Below the pieces are notes generated by a model that saw nothing but the letters and a program-made list of their open reading frames with translations, searched no databases and was not told where the DNA came from. From Haliotis cracherodii (Eukaryota): DNA of 64,000 nt. The stretch spans positions 17,422,001 to 17,486,000 of the forward strand of contig NW_027266271.1 of NCBI RefSeq assembly GCF_022045235.1, given 5' to 3'. Of the stretch, positions 23,715-35,126 are shown piece by piece (position 1 is the stretch's first letter; each line of letters starts with the position of its first letter). The position numbers were made by a program, and so were the translations under genes.

Positions 23715-25478
23715 CCTGTTCCTCTGTGGGGACTCATGGGCAGAATAGGTCTCCTGAATCCCATGCTTGTTCCTCTGTGAGGATACATGAGCCAAATAGG
23801 CCCCAAGAATCCCATGTTTGTTCCTCTGTGAGGATGCATGAGAAGAGAAGGTGCCCAGAATCCCATGCTTGTTCCTCTTTGAGGATAAATGAGAAGAATA
23901 GGTTCCTAAAATCCCAAGCTTGTTCCTCTGTGAGGGTGCATGAGACAAATAGGCCCCCAGAATCCCATGCTTGTTCCTCTGTGAGGGTGCATGAGAAGAA
24001 TAAGTGCCCAGAATCCCATGCTTGTTCCTCTGTGAGGATGCATGAGCCAAATAGGCCCCCAGAATCCCATGTTTGTTCCTCTGTAAGGATGCATGAGAAG
24101 AAAAGTTGAGACGAATCCCATGCTTGTTCCTCCATGATGATGCATGAGAAGAATAGGGGCCCAGAATCCCATGCTTGTTCCTATTTGAGGATAAATGAGA
24201 AGAATAGGTGCCTAGAATCCCATGTTTGTTCCTCTGTAAGGATGCATGAGAAGAATAGTTGAGAAGAATCCCATGCTTGTTCCTCTGTGATGATGCATTA
24301 GAAGAATAGGTGCCTAGAATCTCATGTTTGTTCCTCTGTGAGGATGCATGAGAAGAATAGGGGCCCAGAATCCCATGCTTGTTCCTATTTGAGGATAAAT
24401 GAGAAGAATAGGTGCCTAAAATCCCAAGCTTGTTCCTCTGTGAGGGTGCATGAGCCAAATAGGCCCCCAGAATCCCATGTTTGTTCCTCTGTAAGGATGC
24501 ATGAGAAGAATAGTTGAGAAGAATCCCATGTTTGTTCCTCTGTGAGGATGCACGAGAAGAATAGGGGCCCAGAATCCCATGCTTGTTCCTCTGTGAGGGT
24601 GCATGAGAAGAATAGTTGAGAAGAATCCCATGCTTGTTCCTCTGTGATGATGCATTAGGAGAATAGGTGCCTAGAATCTCATGTTTGTTCCTCTGTGAGG
24701 ATGCATGAGAAGAATAGGGGCCCAGAATCCCATGCTTGTTCCTATTTGAGGATAAATGAGAAGAATAGGTGCCTAAAATCCCAAGCTTGTTCCTCTGTGA
24801 GGGTGCATGAGCCAAATAGGCCCCCAGAATCCAATGTTTGTTCCTCTGTGAAGATGCATTAGAAGAATAGGTGCCTAGAATCCCATGTTTGTTCCTCTGT
24901 GAGGATGCATGTGAAGAATAGGTGCCCAGAATCATACCAGGCTTGTTCCTCTGTGAGGATTCATGAGCCAAATAGGCCCCCAGAATCCCATGTTTGTTCC
25001 TCTGTGAGGGTGCATGAGCCAAATAGGCTCCAAGAATCCCAAACTTGTTCCTCTGTGAGGATGCATGTGAAGAATAGGTGTCCAGAATCATACCATGCTT
25101 GTTCCTCTGTGAGGATGCATGAGCCAAATAGGCCCCCAGAATCCCATGTTTGTTCCTCTGTGAGGGTGCATGAGCCAAATAGGCTCCCAGAATCCCAAAC
25201 TTGTTCCTCTGTGAGGATGCATGTGAAGAATAGGTGTCCAGAATCATCCCATGCTTGTTCCTCTGTGAGGATGCATGAGCCAAATAGGCCCCCAGAATCC
25301 CATGTTTGTTCCTCTGTGAGGGTGCATGAGCCAAATAGGCTCCCAGAATCCCATGCTTGTTCCTCTGTGAGGATGCATGTGAAGAATAGGTGCCCAGAAT
25401 CATCCCATGCTTGTTCCTCTGTGAGGATGCATGTGAAGAATAGGTGCCCAGAATCATCCCAAACTTGTTCCTCTGTGA
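23715..25478. repeat. Minisatellite, ~34 units of 51/54 bp with higher-order structure
   Basis: Unit CCCAGAATCCCATGCTTGTTCCTCTGTGAGGATGCATGAGAAGAATAGGTG; it generates the repetitive 592-aa ORF. Confidence 0.96.
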
Positions 25479-25729
25479 GTTCTGTCAGGAAAACTTGGTA
25501 TATACTCACTATTCGTACAATAATATAAAAAAATAACTGATTACAAGTCCTATATAGATAACACAACAAATGCTATTCATAAACATTTTTTGGCAGCAAA
25601 TATCAATCTTTCTGGTCAAAATGTTGGCTTGGTTAAATAAAAGAATTTTTTGAAGTAGAAACAATTGTAATTAATCTACTGTAAACAAAATTCAGTCCAA
25701 ATGTATAAATATCTTGCCGCATTCATTGA

Positions 25730-26000
25730 AGGATTCCCATTTCTACAACAGCAAGTTAAGAACATACAGGTTGGTCAAGTCATCTATAAATATTGAGAAT
25801 TATCTTACATATTGCCAAAACAATTATCCTGGGTCACATTTCTCAAAACATCGTTCAAGTAATCACAAACTAACAACTGAAACTGGTAGATATTCAAAAA
25901 TACTAACCCTATTGTAACAACGTCTCTGTGAAACATGTGATGTCTTAGAAGATGAGCAACATTATGCACTGTCTTGTATAAAATACAACCAAGAAAGAGA
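25730..26000 (+). mobile_element. Decayed LINE ORF2 3' fragment
   Basis: SKLRTY...ENYL...KHRSSNHKLTTETGRY, then after a frameshift RLCETCDVLEDEQH..LSC (LINE C-terminal zinc knuckle). Confidence 0.7.
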
Positions 26001-26233
26001 ATCACAAATAATCCTCAATCATGAAAAGAACTTGGTAGACTCGGTTAAAAGGAACACTTCTTCATAATTATTACCAACAGTTTTCCAGAAGGAATTTCCA
26101 ATATGTGTTATCATATCTACAATTATAAACAAGGTCCTTGTATGTACAACATAACCATCAAAGCAATACACCATGCAGAACCGTCAACCGTCGCATTAAA
26201 CGGAAGGAATCATACATTACATACAGTGAAGTG

Positions 26234-26408
26234 CAGTAAACTACGGTTATAACGAACTCAAAGGGACAACTAATTTTAGTTCGTTATAACCGTAGTTCGC
26301 TATAAGCAGATATACATCATATATACAACAAAAGACCGGGACTAAAAAATAAGTTCGTTATATCGGTCAGTTCGTTATAAGCGTGTTCGTTATAAACGTA
26401 GTTTACTG
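26234..26408. mobile_element. Tc1/mariner(pogo)-type MITE
   Basis: TIRs CAGTAAACTACGGTTATAACGAAC / GTTCGTTATAAACGTAGTTTACTG followed by TA; internal TTCGTTATA repeats. Confidence 0.82.
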
Positions 26409-26925
26409 TACTTAAAACAATACTGTTCTCAACTATGCACAGAGCAAGCACCACACATATGATTATGAAGACAACTAATTACAAATTTCTCATATCAAAC
26501 TCGTTGTTGTCATGTTTTGTATATTGAACAAAGTCATTTAGAAGGCATGTATTTAATCGTATTGAACAATAAGTTGCAATAGCAGTGTGGTGCACGTTAC
26601 ATGCTTGACCTGAATTAATCCTGTGATCTTTCTCGCTGGCTGCCTGTATAACATACATTGCAAAGGTAGTGCGCAAAAGTGCTGGGGAGATAAAAACTCA
26701 CTCTCAGTGATACAGCTTGAATAAGATACGGAGTGCAGCATTGCAAAGTCAGTGCGTGATAACGCTCTATACTCCGCCTTTAGATAAAGGATATAATCGC
26801 TCAACGCGCAATTGTTTATTCTTAAAAAATATAGACCGGTTAACTTTAGCGAAAGGAGATATATTTCCCCTAAACATTTTTAGCTATTTGAAAATCAAAA
26901 TGAACAGATTGCATGGATTATCTAC

Positions 26926-29083
26926 CGCCACTATGTTCATTTTCTATTTTTTCTTCATCGAATTGGAGGCTTGTTCTTGATGCTCTCCGCCGAAACAACT
27001 TGCGCATATCTGCTCCAAAAACAGTCATTTGTCCACTGTCTACCACAATACTTGGTTGGATGTGGAGAAATGGTACATTGACAGCAAGTAGCCACAGAAT
27101 AGCTGCCCTTGCTTCCATTGAACCACCTACAACCATCCAGGGGTTACGTTCATTTGTCGGTGCCTACAAGGCCATGAGTAGAGTATTACCAGGCTATGCA
27201 GATCTTCTCCATCCTCTAGACTTGATGACTGCTGGACGACCATCGGCTGAAAAAATAAGATGGTCTGATACTTCACTAACATCCTTCAAAAAGGCTCAAG
27301 ACTCTTTTCAGAAGCAGAAATCCCATGGAATGCAATGATCAACGATGTCAGGTGTGCAAGTTTGTGAACGAATTTTCAGACTCTGTCATTCGAGAGTTAA
27401 CAGTCAAGGACGTTATTGAAGGAGGAATACGCATGCCTTTTACAAGCAGAACTGCCTGGCATGTCACACAACATGAGTGTCCAGATTTACGTCGAACTCA
27501 TTCTCATTTAACTCAAGGCACGAGACCCGGTAAAAAGGCTACAAATATCCCAGATGTTAAGCGATATCTCAATGAAGTGTGCATTGCTTCAGATGGCCTT
27601 TTGGTGGTGCGTGACACTTTGCCTTTCAACAAAGTACGAGAACGTGTGGTTGTCCCAAGAGCAGTTCTTCATGGTCTGCTGACTGCTATCCACATCCGCC
27701 TCAGCCACCCAAGTGTCTACCAAACAAAACAGCTTTTTCTTAGATACTTTCATGCCTTGGACCTCGACAAAGCCTTACAAGAAGTATCTTCCTCCTGTCA
27801 TCATTGTGCGTCCCTCAAAACCATTCCAGCACAGTTGTTTCCGCAAAGCTCAACCACTCCACCTCCATCCATTGGGTCATCCTTCGCAGCTGATATTATG
27901 AAAAGATATGGCCAACTTATCTGTGTCTTACGAGAAACAGTATCCTCGTTCACTCTCACATGTTTTGTAGCAAATGAGCGACATAACGAACTACGTGACG
28001 CCCTTCTGTGTCTCTGTGCAGATATTCGCAATCTCGGTGAAAGTGGAGTCATCATACGAGTTGATCCAGCACCTGGGTTTCAGGCTCTGGTCAGAGATCC
28101 TGTTCTGTCAAAACATGGGATAACTCTTGATATTGGCTCCTGCAAAAACCCCAACAAGAATCCTGTTGCAGAAAAGGCAATCTCTGAACTTGGCTTAGAG
28201 TGCTTAAACCTCTCACCAGAGGGGGGTCCTTTGTCTCGATCCACTCTCGTACTTGCAACAGCTAATCTCAACAGCAGACTGAGGAAGAGTGGAATGTCCG
28301 CCCGAGAAGTATTCACTCAGCGAGACCAAATAACTGGAGCACAGCTACCAATGAATGATCGTGACATCATCATGAAACAGCATCTTACCCGCCTTAACAA
28401 CCATCCATATAGCAGTAAGTCAAAGGCTCATGGCAAAACTCTGTTTGATCGATCAGACATACAAATTGGCGATCTCGTATATATAAAGGGGGAGAAGGAG
28501 AAAACAAATACCAGAGACAAATACATGGTTGTCAACATTACAAAAGACAAATGCCAACTTCGTAAGTTCACAAAGACTCAATTCCGATCAAAAACTTACG
28601 ATATTCCCATTGTCTGTTGTTACCCGATCAAACCGTCAACAGAATCTGTGGTATCAAATGAGCCAATAAGAGGCTTAACTGAAAAGGACAATCCTCACAG
28701 CACTGATGAGGATAGTGATGAGGACAAAGACATCGTCCAACATGAGATTCAGAACAACCCAAGACAGGTTCCAGTGCAGCCGCCCAGACAATCCACAAGG
28801 ACACGACACCCACCAGCATGGCAAAGTTCTGGAGAGTGGCTGATGCAATAAGACACTTCTAGTGATCACCATTGACATTAAAGAAAGAGGAGAAAGTGGT
28901 CGCGCCACTATGTTCATTTTCTATTTTTTCTTCATCGTTTTCGAATCGCATTTCGTTTGTATTCTTTTCGCGTAATTCGCATTTCGTTTCTACTGTAATC
29001 CCAGTTTGGTATTTTTGTCCCTCATCTGAGTAAACACGTGTGAATTGGAGAGTCGGGTTTTTGATATATTGGCGTACATTACA
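26926..29083 (+). mobile_element. Internally deleted Ty3/Gypsy LTR retrotransposon
   Basis: 35-bp direct repeat at 26926-26960 and 28903-28937. RT C-terminal fragment (NWRLVLDALRRNNLRISAPKT..ILGW; LRSFVGAY), then integrase. PPT AAAGAAAGAGGAGAAAG at 28880-28896, followed by a putative TG...CA LTR at 28897-29083. Confidence 0.88.
27325..28851 (+). CDS. Gypsy-type integrase ORF, 508 aa, intact
   Basis: HHCC zinc motif (HIRLSH...CHHC) and catalytic D (FAAD), D (RVDP), E (VAE) with exactly 35 residues between the second D and E. Confidence 0.85.
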   Translation: MECNDQRCQVCKFVNEFSDSVIRELTVKDVIEGGIRMPFTSRTAWHVTQHECPDLRRTHSHLTQGTRPGKKATNIPDVKRYLNEVCIASDGLLVVRDTLPFNKVRERVVVPRAVLHGLLTAIHIRLSHPSVYQTKQLFLRYFHALDLDKALQEVSSSCHHCASLKTIPAQLFPQSSTTPPPSIGSSFAADIMKRYGQLICVLRETVSSFTLTCFVANERHNELRDALLCLCADIRNLGESGVIIRVDPAPGFQALVRDPVLSKHGITLDIGSCKNPNKNPVAEKAISELGLECLNLSPEGGPLSRSTLVLATANLNSRLRKSGMSAREVFTQRDQITGAQLPMNDRDIIMKQHLTRLNNHPYSSKSKAHGKTLFDRSDIQIGDLVYIKGEKEKTNTRDKYMVVNITKDKCQLRKFTKTQFRSKTYDIPIVCCYPIKPSTESVVSNEPIRGLTEKDNPHSTDEDSDEDKDIVQHEIQNNPRQVPVQPPRQSTRTRHPPAWQSSGEWLMQ

Positions 29084-32000
29084 AAATATGACTAAGTCAC
29101 AGAATGTGACAGGCGATTTGTTAAGAAATGTCCAGATTAAGTCACTCTCATTTGAATTTGAAACCTCAATTCTATTTTAGAGAAACCAAAATGGCGCTCT
29201 CCTTCAGTTAAAATTTAACACATGGGCGGGGAAGAATTATCCACACTGGTATCGACATTCTTGCGTACTTGTTAGTAAGTATGTTATATTTCTTAGTTGA
29301 GATTCTTGTTGTAATTTGTTTGCATATTATTTACCATTGGTGTCATGTAAATAGAAATAAGAACAAACAGAAAGGAACTAGTAAAGTCTTCTATATCTAC
29401 ATTTACCGATGAAAAAACAGCAAGCCAATTTGCATTCGCTACGACACGCCCCTTTCCTACAAAAAAGACCCGCCCCATCCAAATCGTGAAACCTACACAT
29501 CATCATTTGGACATGGCACATCACATGAATACTAGTAGACTACTCATTGTGTGAAGCCTATTCAAAGATTGCCCTATCTGGCCTAAAATATAAGCTGTAG
29601 CAGGATCACGAGGGATACATGGGGATACGAGGGACGCAGAAATCCCCACGTATCCCGTGTGATTCTGCTACAACGAATATATCGTGCCGACATGTTTTAA
29701 TATGATATTGTAAAACAATTTTTAAAAATTCGATATTGATAGAAAACAGCTGCTCGATTGTCACGTGACATCCAATGGCTCGGGAAAAGCGTGCGTCCTT
29801 TTGCTTTGAAGCGGTGTGTAAAGGATTTATTCTGTCCCGGAAATCCACGTGCAGCATTATTGCTGGTGTCGGGGTATAAGAGATTTATTCCCCGCTGAGA
29901 AATTAATTTCCCTCCAAGGCGGGTTACATTGTATTTTATTAAGATCACGTGGACCAATCACATCACATCATTTTGACATGGAGGTATGGTAATCTTCTTT
30001 ATCGCTCTTGGTGAAATTGGTGGCGCAGTCATCTAGGGCACCGCATTTCACCGTGCAGAGTTGCGTCCCTTTGAAACTTTAAATCCCAGTTCGTGGGTTT
30101 CACCAAAGTGGTAAAGGCAGACCTGTCAACACCTCATCATGACAATGGGCGAGATCTGCCTTCAAAATACGGGAGATTTACCTCCAAAGGGGGAAATTTA
30201 AAAAAGTGAAGATAAGAAGATATTTTGCAACTTTTATTTCTATTAACTTCATTAAGAAAACAAAATATCTTTAAACAACAAATAGTCATTTTCTTGTGCG
30301 TATGGCTAGCTTAAATTTCCCTTTGATTTTCCTCCTCCAAGAATAAACCTACAGCACTATCTACTCATGTCACGGTGCCACCTATTGTTCAAAGATCATC
30401 TCCGATAAACGCAAACAGATCATGACCAGTTGGCGACGTGTTCAATCCGACCAATTGTCAGGGTGACACCGATTTTCTGAGTATTTGGCGCGATTTTGGT
30501 TACAAAATACGCCGAAGAAATACCAACAGCATTTACCATGACACAACTTAATCGCCGCTGATTTCATTAAAATATCATGGTTTTTTTGTCGGTGGTACTC
30601 TTTTGATAGTCCCATTACTTCACTTCATACATTTTCTTGAAATGTTCGCGTTATTACATTTTCAAGAAATGTATGCCATATTTAGAAGTACTATTTATCC
30701 CGTTTGACTAAAATTTATGAATGAAGAGAGACTCGTTGTCGATGTTGACATTGCTGATCTCAACGTGTTTTAATCTCATTGGTTGATTTGTACTGTAGTA
30801 TGCAAATTAGATTGCCGATCTGGGACGCTAGTTAAGCTAGTTTCCGGCTCCCTATGCGCGTCGACAACTTGCTCCAAGCTTGGCCGCCATTTAAACGCTC
30901 AGCTCGTTTATTTAACGTCACATCCGGCTTCCGAGTTTAGCTGTCTCTTATAACGTCGCACTGAATGATTGAAAAGTTGAAACACAAATACCTTCAAATT
31001 AATATGATCATATATGAAGTGATCACTTGCACGTGTACCCCGATTAATCCATCTTGAGCATCACTAGAAACCCGAGACCACTGTAAGTATTTCTGACATA
31101 TTACAGATGTATCTTTTTGGACATCGGCACGTACATCACCTGTTAAACCCATGAGTTCTATCATTGAATGTAGTGAACTAGCTTTTCGGTTTGATTTTAT
31201 CATTGCATCAAAATTTGCATGGAGATTCAGGTAACATACCGAAAATGTGCAAATAAATTACTGAAATATTAAACATGGTGAATTAAAACACCAAAAACTA
31301 TCTGTATCTAGCGGATAAAAAACTGTGTGCTGCTTAAAATATAATGTCAAACATACTATGGGAAAATAAATTGCAAGAGATTCTATGGCATTTGATTGGC
31401 TTTTAACAAAGCAATGCTTTTGTTTTCGTTTATATTCCCATAAACTTAAAACAATTAGACCAACCCCACTAAATGGTTAAAACAGTTGTGAAGTTTTTTA
31501 TTGTTGACTTATTTATTTATAACAATTGACTTCGATATTTGTTTGCCGATTGACGTAAAGTGTGCACTCTGGTTGTTTCGTTTGTAAACACCCCCGTAAA
31601 TTATTGAAATCTGCGTTCCATTGACATAATATAGAAAGCTGTCACGTTTCATGGATAGGTGTCAAACTATTGGTTTAATGTTATATTTGCTTGAAAATGT
31701 AACGAGGCAACTTCTACCATACCGCCACTGTACAATGTAACTGTCATGGTCGCTAGTCTGAGATGCGTCGTTAATCACGCAGAGTGACAAAAGTGAGTGA
31801 GTGAGTGAGTTGGGTTTAACGCCGCTTTTAACATCATTCCAGTTATATCGCGGCGTGTCAACTTAATGTGGGAGGAAAGCCCGAAGTGATGCAGGTCTCA
31901 GACGTTTACCACTTCGGTGAAACCCACGAGCATGGGTATGGTGCTGACAAACCTAGAAACATAATCGGGGCGATTCGAACCACAATCATAGGTTTCTGGC

Positions 32001-33250
32001 GTGCCCAAGGGACGCAACTCTGCACAGCGAATCGCGGCGCTTTAGATGACTGGGCCACCAGTGCCCCCCAGAGCGACAAAGTCGTGGGAAATGTTAACGT
32101 AAATATTTTATAAAAAGTAGACAACAATCGTTTGATTTATGATTGATTGATTGGTCTTTGAAAGTGTTATAGGTGTTAGGGCAAGGCGGATTTATTTCGT
32201 TGGTTTCAATAATTGTATTGCATTTGATTGTATTATAATAACATATAGCTAGAAAATAGTAACGTCGGTAATGGTTTATAGCTGTGCTATTCCAATTCCA
32301 AGGCCTTCAACAGAAGTAATCATTCAGTAAACATATTGCCACCTTGTACAACATATTTCCATTTTGTTAGCAGAATTACAGCTTACGAGTGATTCCTGTC
32401 GAATGTTGGCACATCCACCCACTTCTATATACTGACTGAGTATGGTTTTACGCCGCTTTTAGCAATATTCCAGCAATATCACGGCGGGGGACACCAGAAA
32501 TGGGCTTCACACATTGTACCCATGTGGAGAATCGAACCCGGGTCTTCGGCGTGACGAGCGAACGCTTTAACCACTAGGCTACCCGACCGCCCCCACTTCT
32601 ATATAAAAACCTTTTCGATGTCTTAGAGTGGAAACACACGGTTAGGAATATTTTCAATGCAACGTTTATATTGTATGCGTGGCTCGACATATGACGACAA
32701 CTGTCCATTTCGGGCGGTCGGGTAGCCTAGTGGTTAAAGCGTTCGCTCGTCACGCCGAAGACCCGGGTTCGATTCCCAACATGGGTACAATGTGTGAAGC
32801 CCATTTCTGATGTTCCCCGCCTTGATATTGCTGGAATATTGCTAAAAGCGGCGTAAAACCATACTCGCTCACTCACGCGACTATAATCCCCCATTTCACC
32901 TCACGTGAAATATGCATTTTTTTATTTCGGAAAAAAATCTTAATGTTGATCAAGTTTGGGGATGAACAGGTCTGAGTTTTTTTCTGATAAAATCAACATT
33001 TCAGGAGCAGATGACTAACGAATCAAGTCAATAAGTAACCGCGCTAATCCTGCTGAGAGATTTGAAAGGTTATTTTCATACTGACTGACTCTTAGTTTAA
33101 TAATACATGCTATTGCTATTAAAACTATTTCTTTTTCTTTTATCGAAAGACACTAGAGTATTAATATGTTGTTTTTTTGTTTTTAATGTAATTCCATGTG
33201 TGATTCCATGCCATTTCTGCCACACAGTGCACTGTCTCTTAAGCGGAAGA

Positions 33251-33529
33251 GACCCGTGAAGATTCCGGGGTAGAATAGGTCTTCAGCAACCCATGCTTGC
33301 CGTAAAAGGCGACTATGCTTGTCGTAAAAGGCGACTAACGGGATCGGGTGGTCAGACTCGCTGACTTGGTTGATGCATGTCATTGATCCCAATTGCGTGG
33401 ATCGATGCTCATGATCTTAATCACTGGATTGTCTGACCCAGACTCGATTATTTACAGACCGCTGCATATAGCTGGAATATTGCTGAGTGCGGCGTTAAAC
33501 AACAAACCAACCGACCAACCAAACCAACT
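33251..33529 (+). mobile_element. Non-tRNA SINE-like retroposon (family C), full length with TSD GCGGAAGA
   Basis: Starts GACCCGTGAAG and ends GCTGGAATATTGCTGAGTGCGGCGTTAAAC plus a (CAAA/CCAA)n tail. Other copies: ~9142, 13506, 16704, 19891, 34336, 40348(-), 40736, 43409(-), 48298, 49925(-), 55620(-), 57492(-). Confidence 0.88.
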
Positions 33530-35126
33530 GCGGAAGATCGTTAAAACACATCGGTGAGTGAGTTAATATTTAATGTCGCATCGACAATATCATTTGTATA
33601 TAGATCAAAAACCTTCTCAGCGACACATGAAGGCAGGTTTAACAGTTTCAGTATACAACAAACAAGATAGACAATTATTTTACATCTAGACACATATTAA
33701 CGATATACAATAAACATAATAATAATTTCAAGACACAATCACAATTTATGACACAGGCCAAATTCATTCAGATATTTTAAAATCAGGTACTCGTTTACAG
33801 CGTAAACAGATCCTTCAGATTTTCTGCTTCGATCAGAATCCCTTGCGACTTCGAAGTAAACACAAATTCATACAAAAAATACTTCATTCGTCACCACTCG
33901 GCCCCTTCCGTAACCTGCAAGAAGCTATTCGGCTTGTCACGGAAAAACACGAGTAGGTCACGAATGCATATGGTTGACAGTAAACCTTTCACCACAGAGT
34001 TATATTTATCAGCCAACACGTTGAGACGTTTTAATCTTATCTACAAATATGACATTACTTCAAATAATAAAATTAGACTGCAATAGTACAATATGTACAA
34101 CAAACGTGCCTCTTGGTGTAGTGAGTGATAGTCTTAAGCTCGGGCTCTTGTACAAGCTAATTCAGGAAGCGGAGGGACCGAAGTGCACACAGGAAAAGAC
34201 ATTTACAATAGGTTTTTTTAGTCCGCGTGACAACGCGGAAGTCGGGGGGTTAAAGGCGCTGATTCGCTTCTAGCGGACGAATTCTGAAAGACATCCATTC
34301 ATACAATACAAGGTACATTGTAATTATTGACCGTGACCGTGAAGATCCAGGGTAGAATAGGGCTTCATCAACCCATGATTGCCGTAAAAGGTGACTATGC
34401 TTGTTGTAAGAAGCGGCTAACGGGATCGGGTGGTCAGGCTCGCTGACTTGGTTGATGCATGTCATTGATCCCAATTGCGTGGATCGATGCTTATGATGTC
34501 AATCACTGGATTGTCTGACCCAGACTCGATTATTTACAGTCCTCCGTCATATAACTGGAATATTGCTGAATGCGGCGTTAAACAACAGACACACAAAGAA
34601 ACAAAAAACATTACCCTGAATATTATTTGCATACTGTTACGATCAGTGACGTCACAAGCTCCTAAATATTGCCATTACTGCTGAGCGCGGCGTTAAATAA
34701 CAAACAAACAAACAAACAAACATTGTTATTTACACTGTCCACAGTCTCCACTGTCACTCAAACCACGATCACTGACCAGTACGAAATTTTACCTTGACAC
34801 CTCATGGAATCCTCATGGAAAACTCGGTCAAAGTGAATTGATTACTCATCAGCATCATACGGTGATTTCATACTTGGTACAGCACGCAAACATCTCAACT
34901 GACAAGGTACATGTTACTCTAACTAGTTATGCATGTTCATTGGATGCCTACTCCTGTCACATACATGTGTCAATGTTGGGCATGGATGTCCTGTGGGGGC
35001 AGCGTGCAGAGTTGCATTGATCGCTGGTTCGAATCCAGATTTCGTCATAATAATGATCAGTGGTTTGTCTACACCACACCCCTGTTTGTGGATTCATGGG
35101 AGGTGTTGAGCATCTCCAGAGTCTAG

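Noticed and set aside
23715-25478. CRISPR-like array
   Set aside because: The units are contiguous with no unique spacers, the context is eukaryotic, and there are no cas genes.
33183-33392. Recurrent short ORFs 'MTCINQVSEPDHPIPLVAF' at several loci
   Set aside because: They are translations of the family C repeat, not a gene family.
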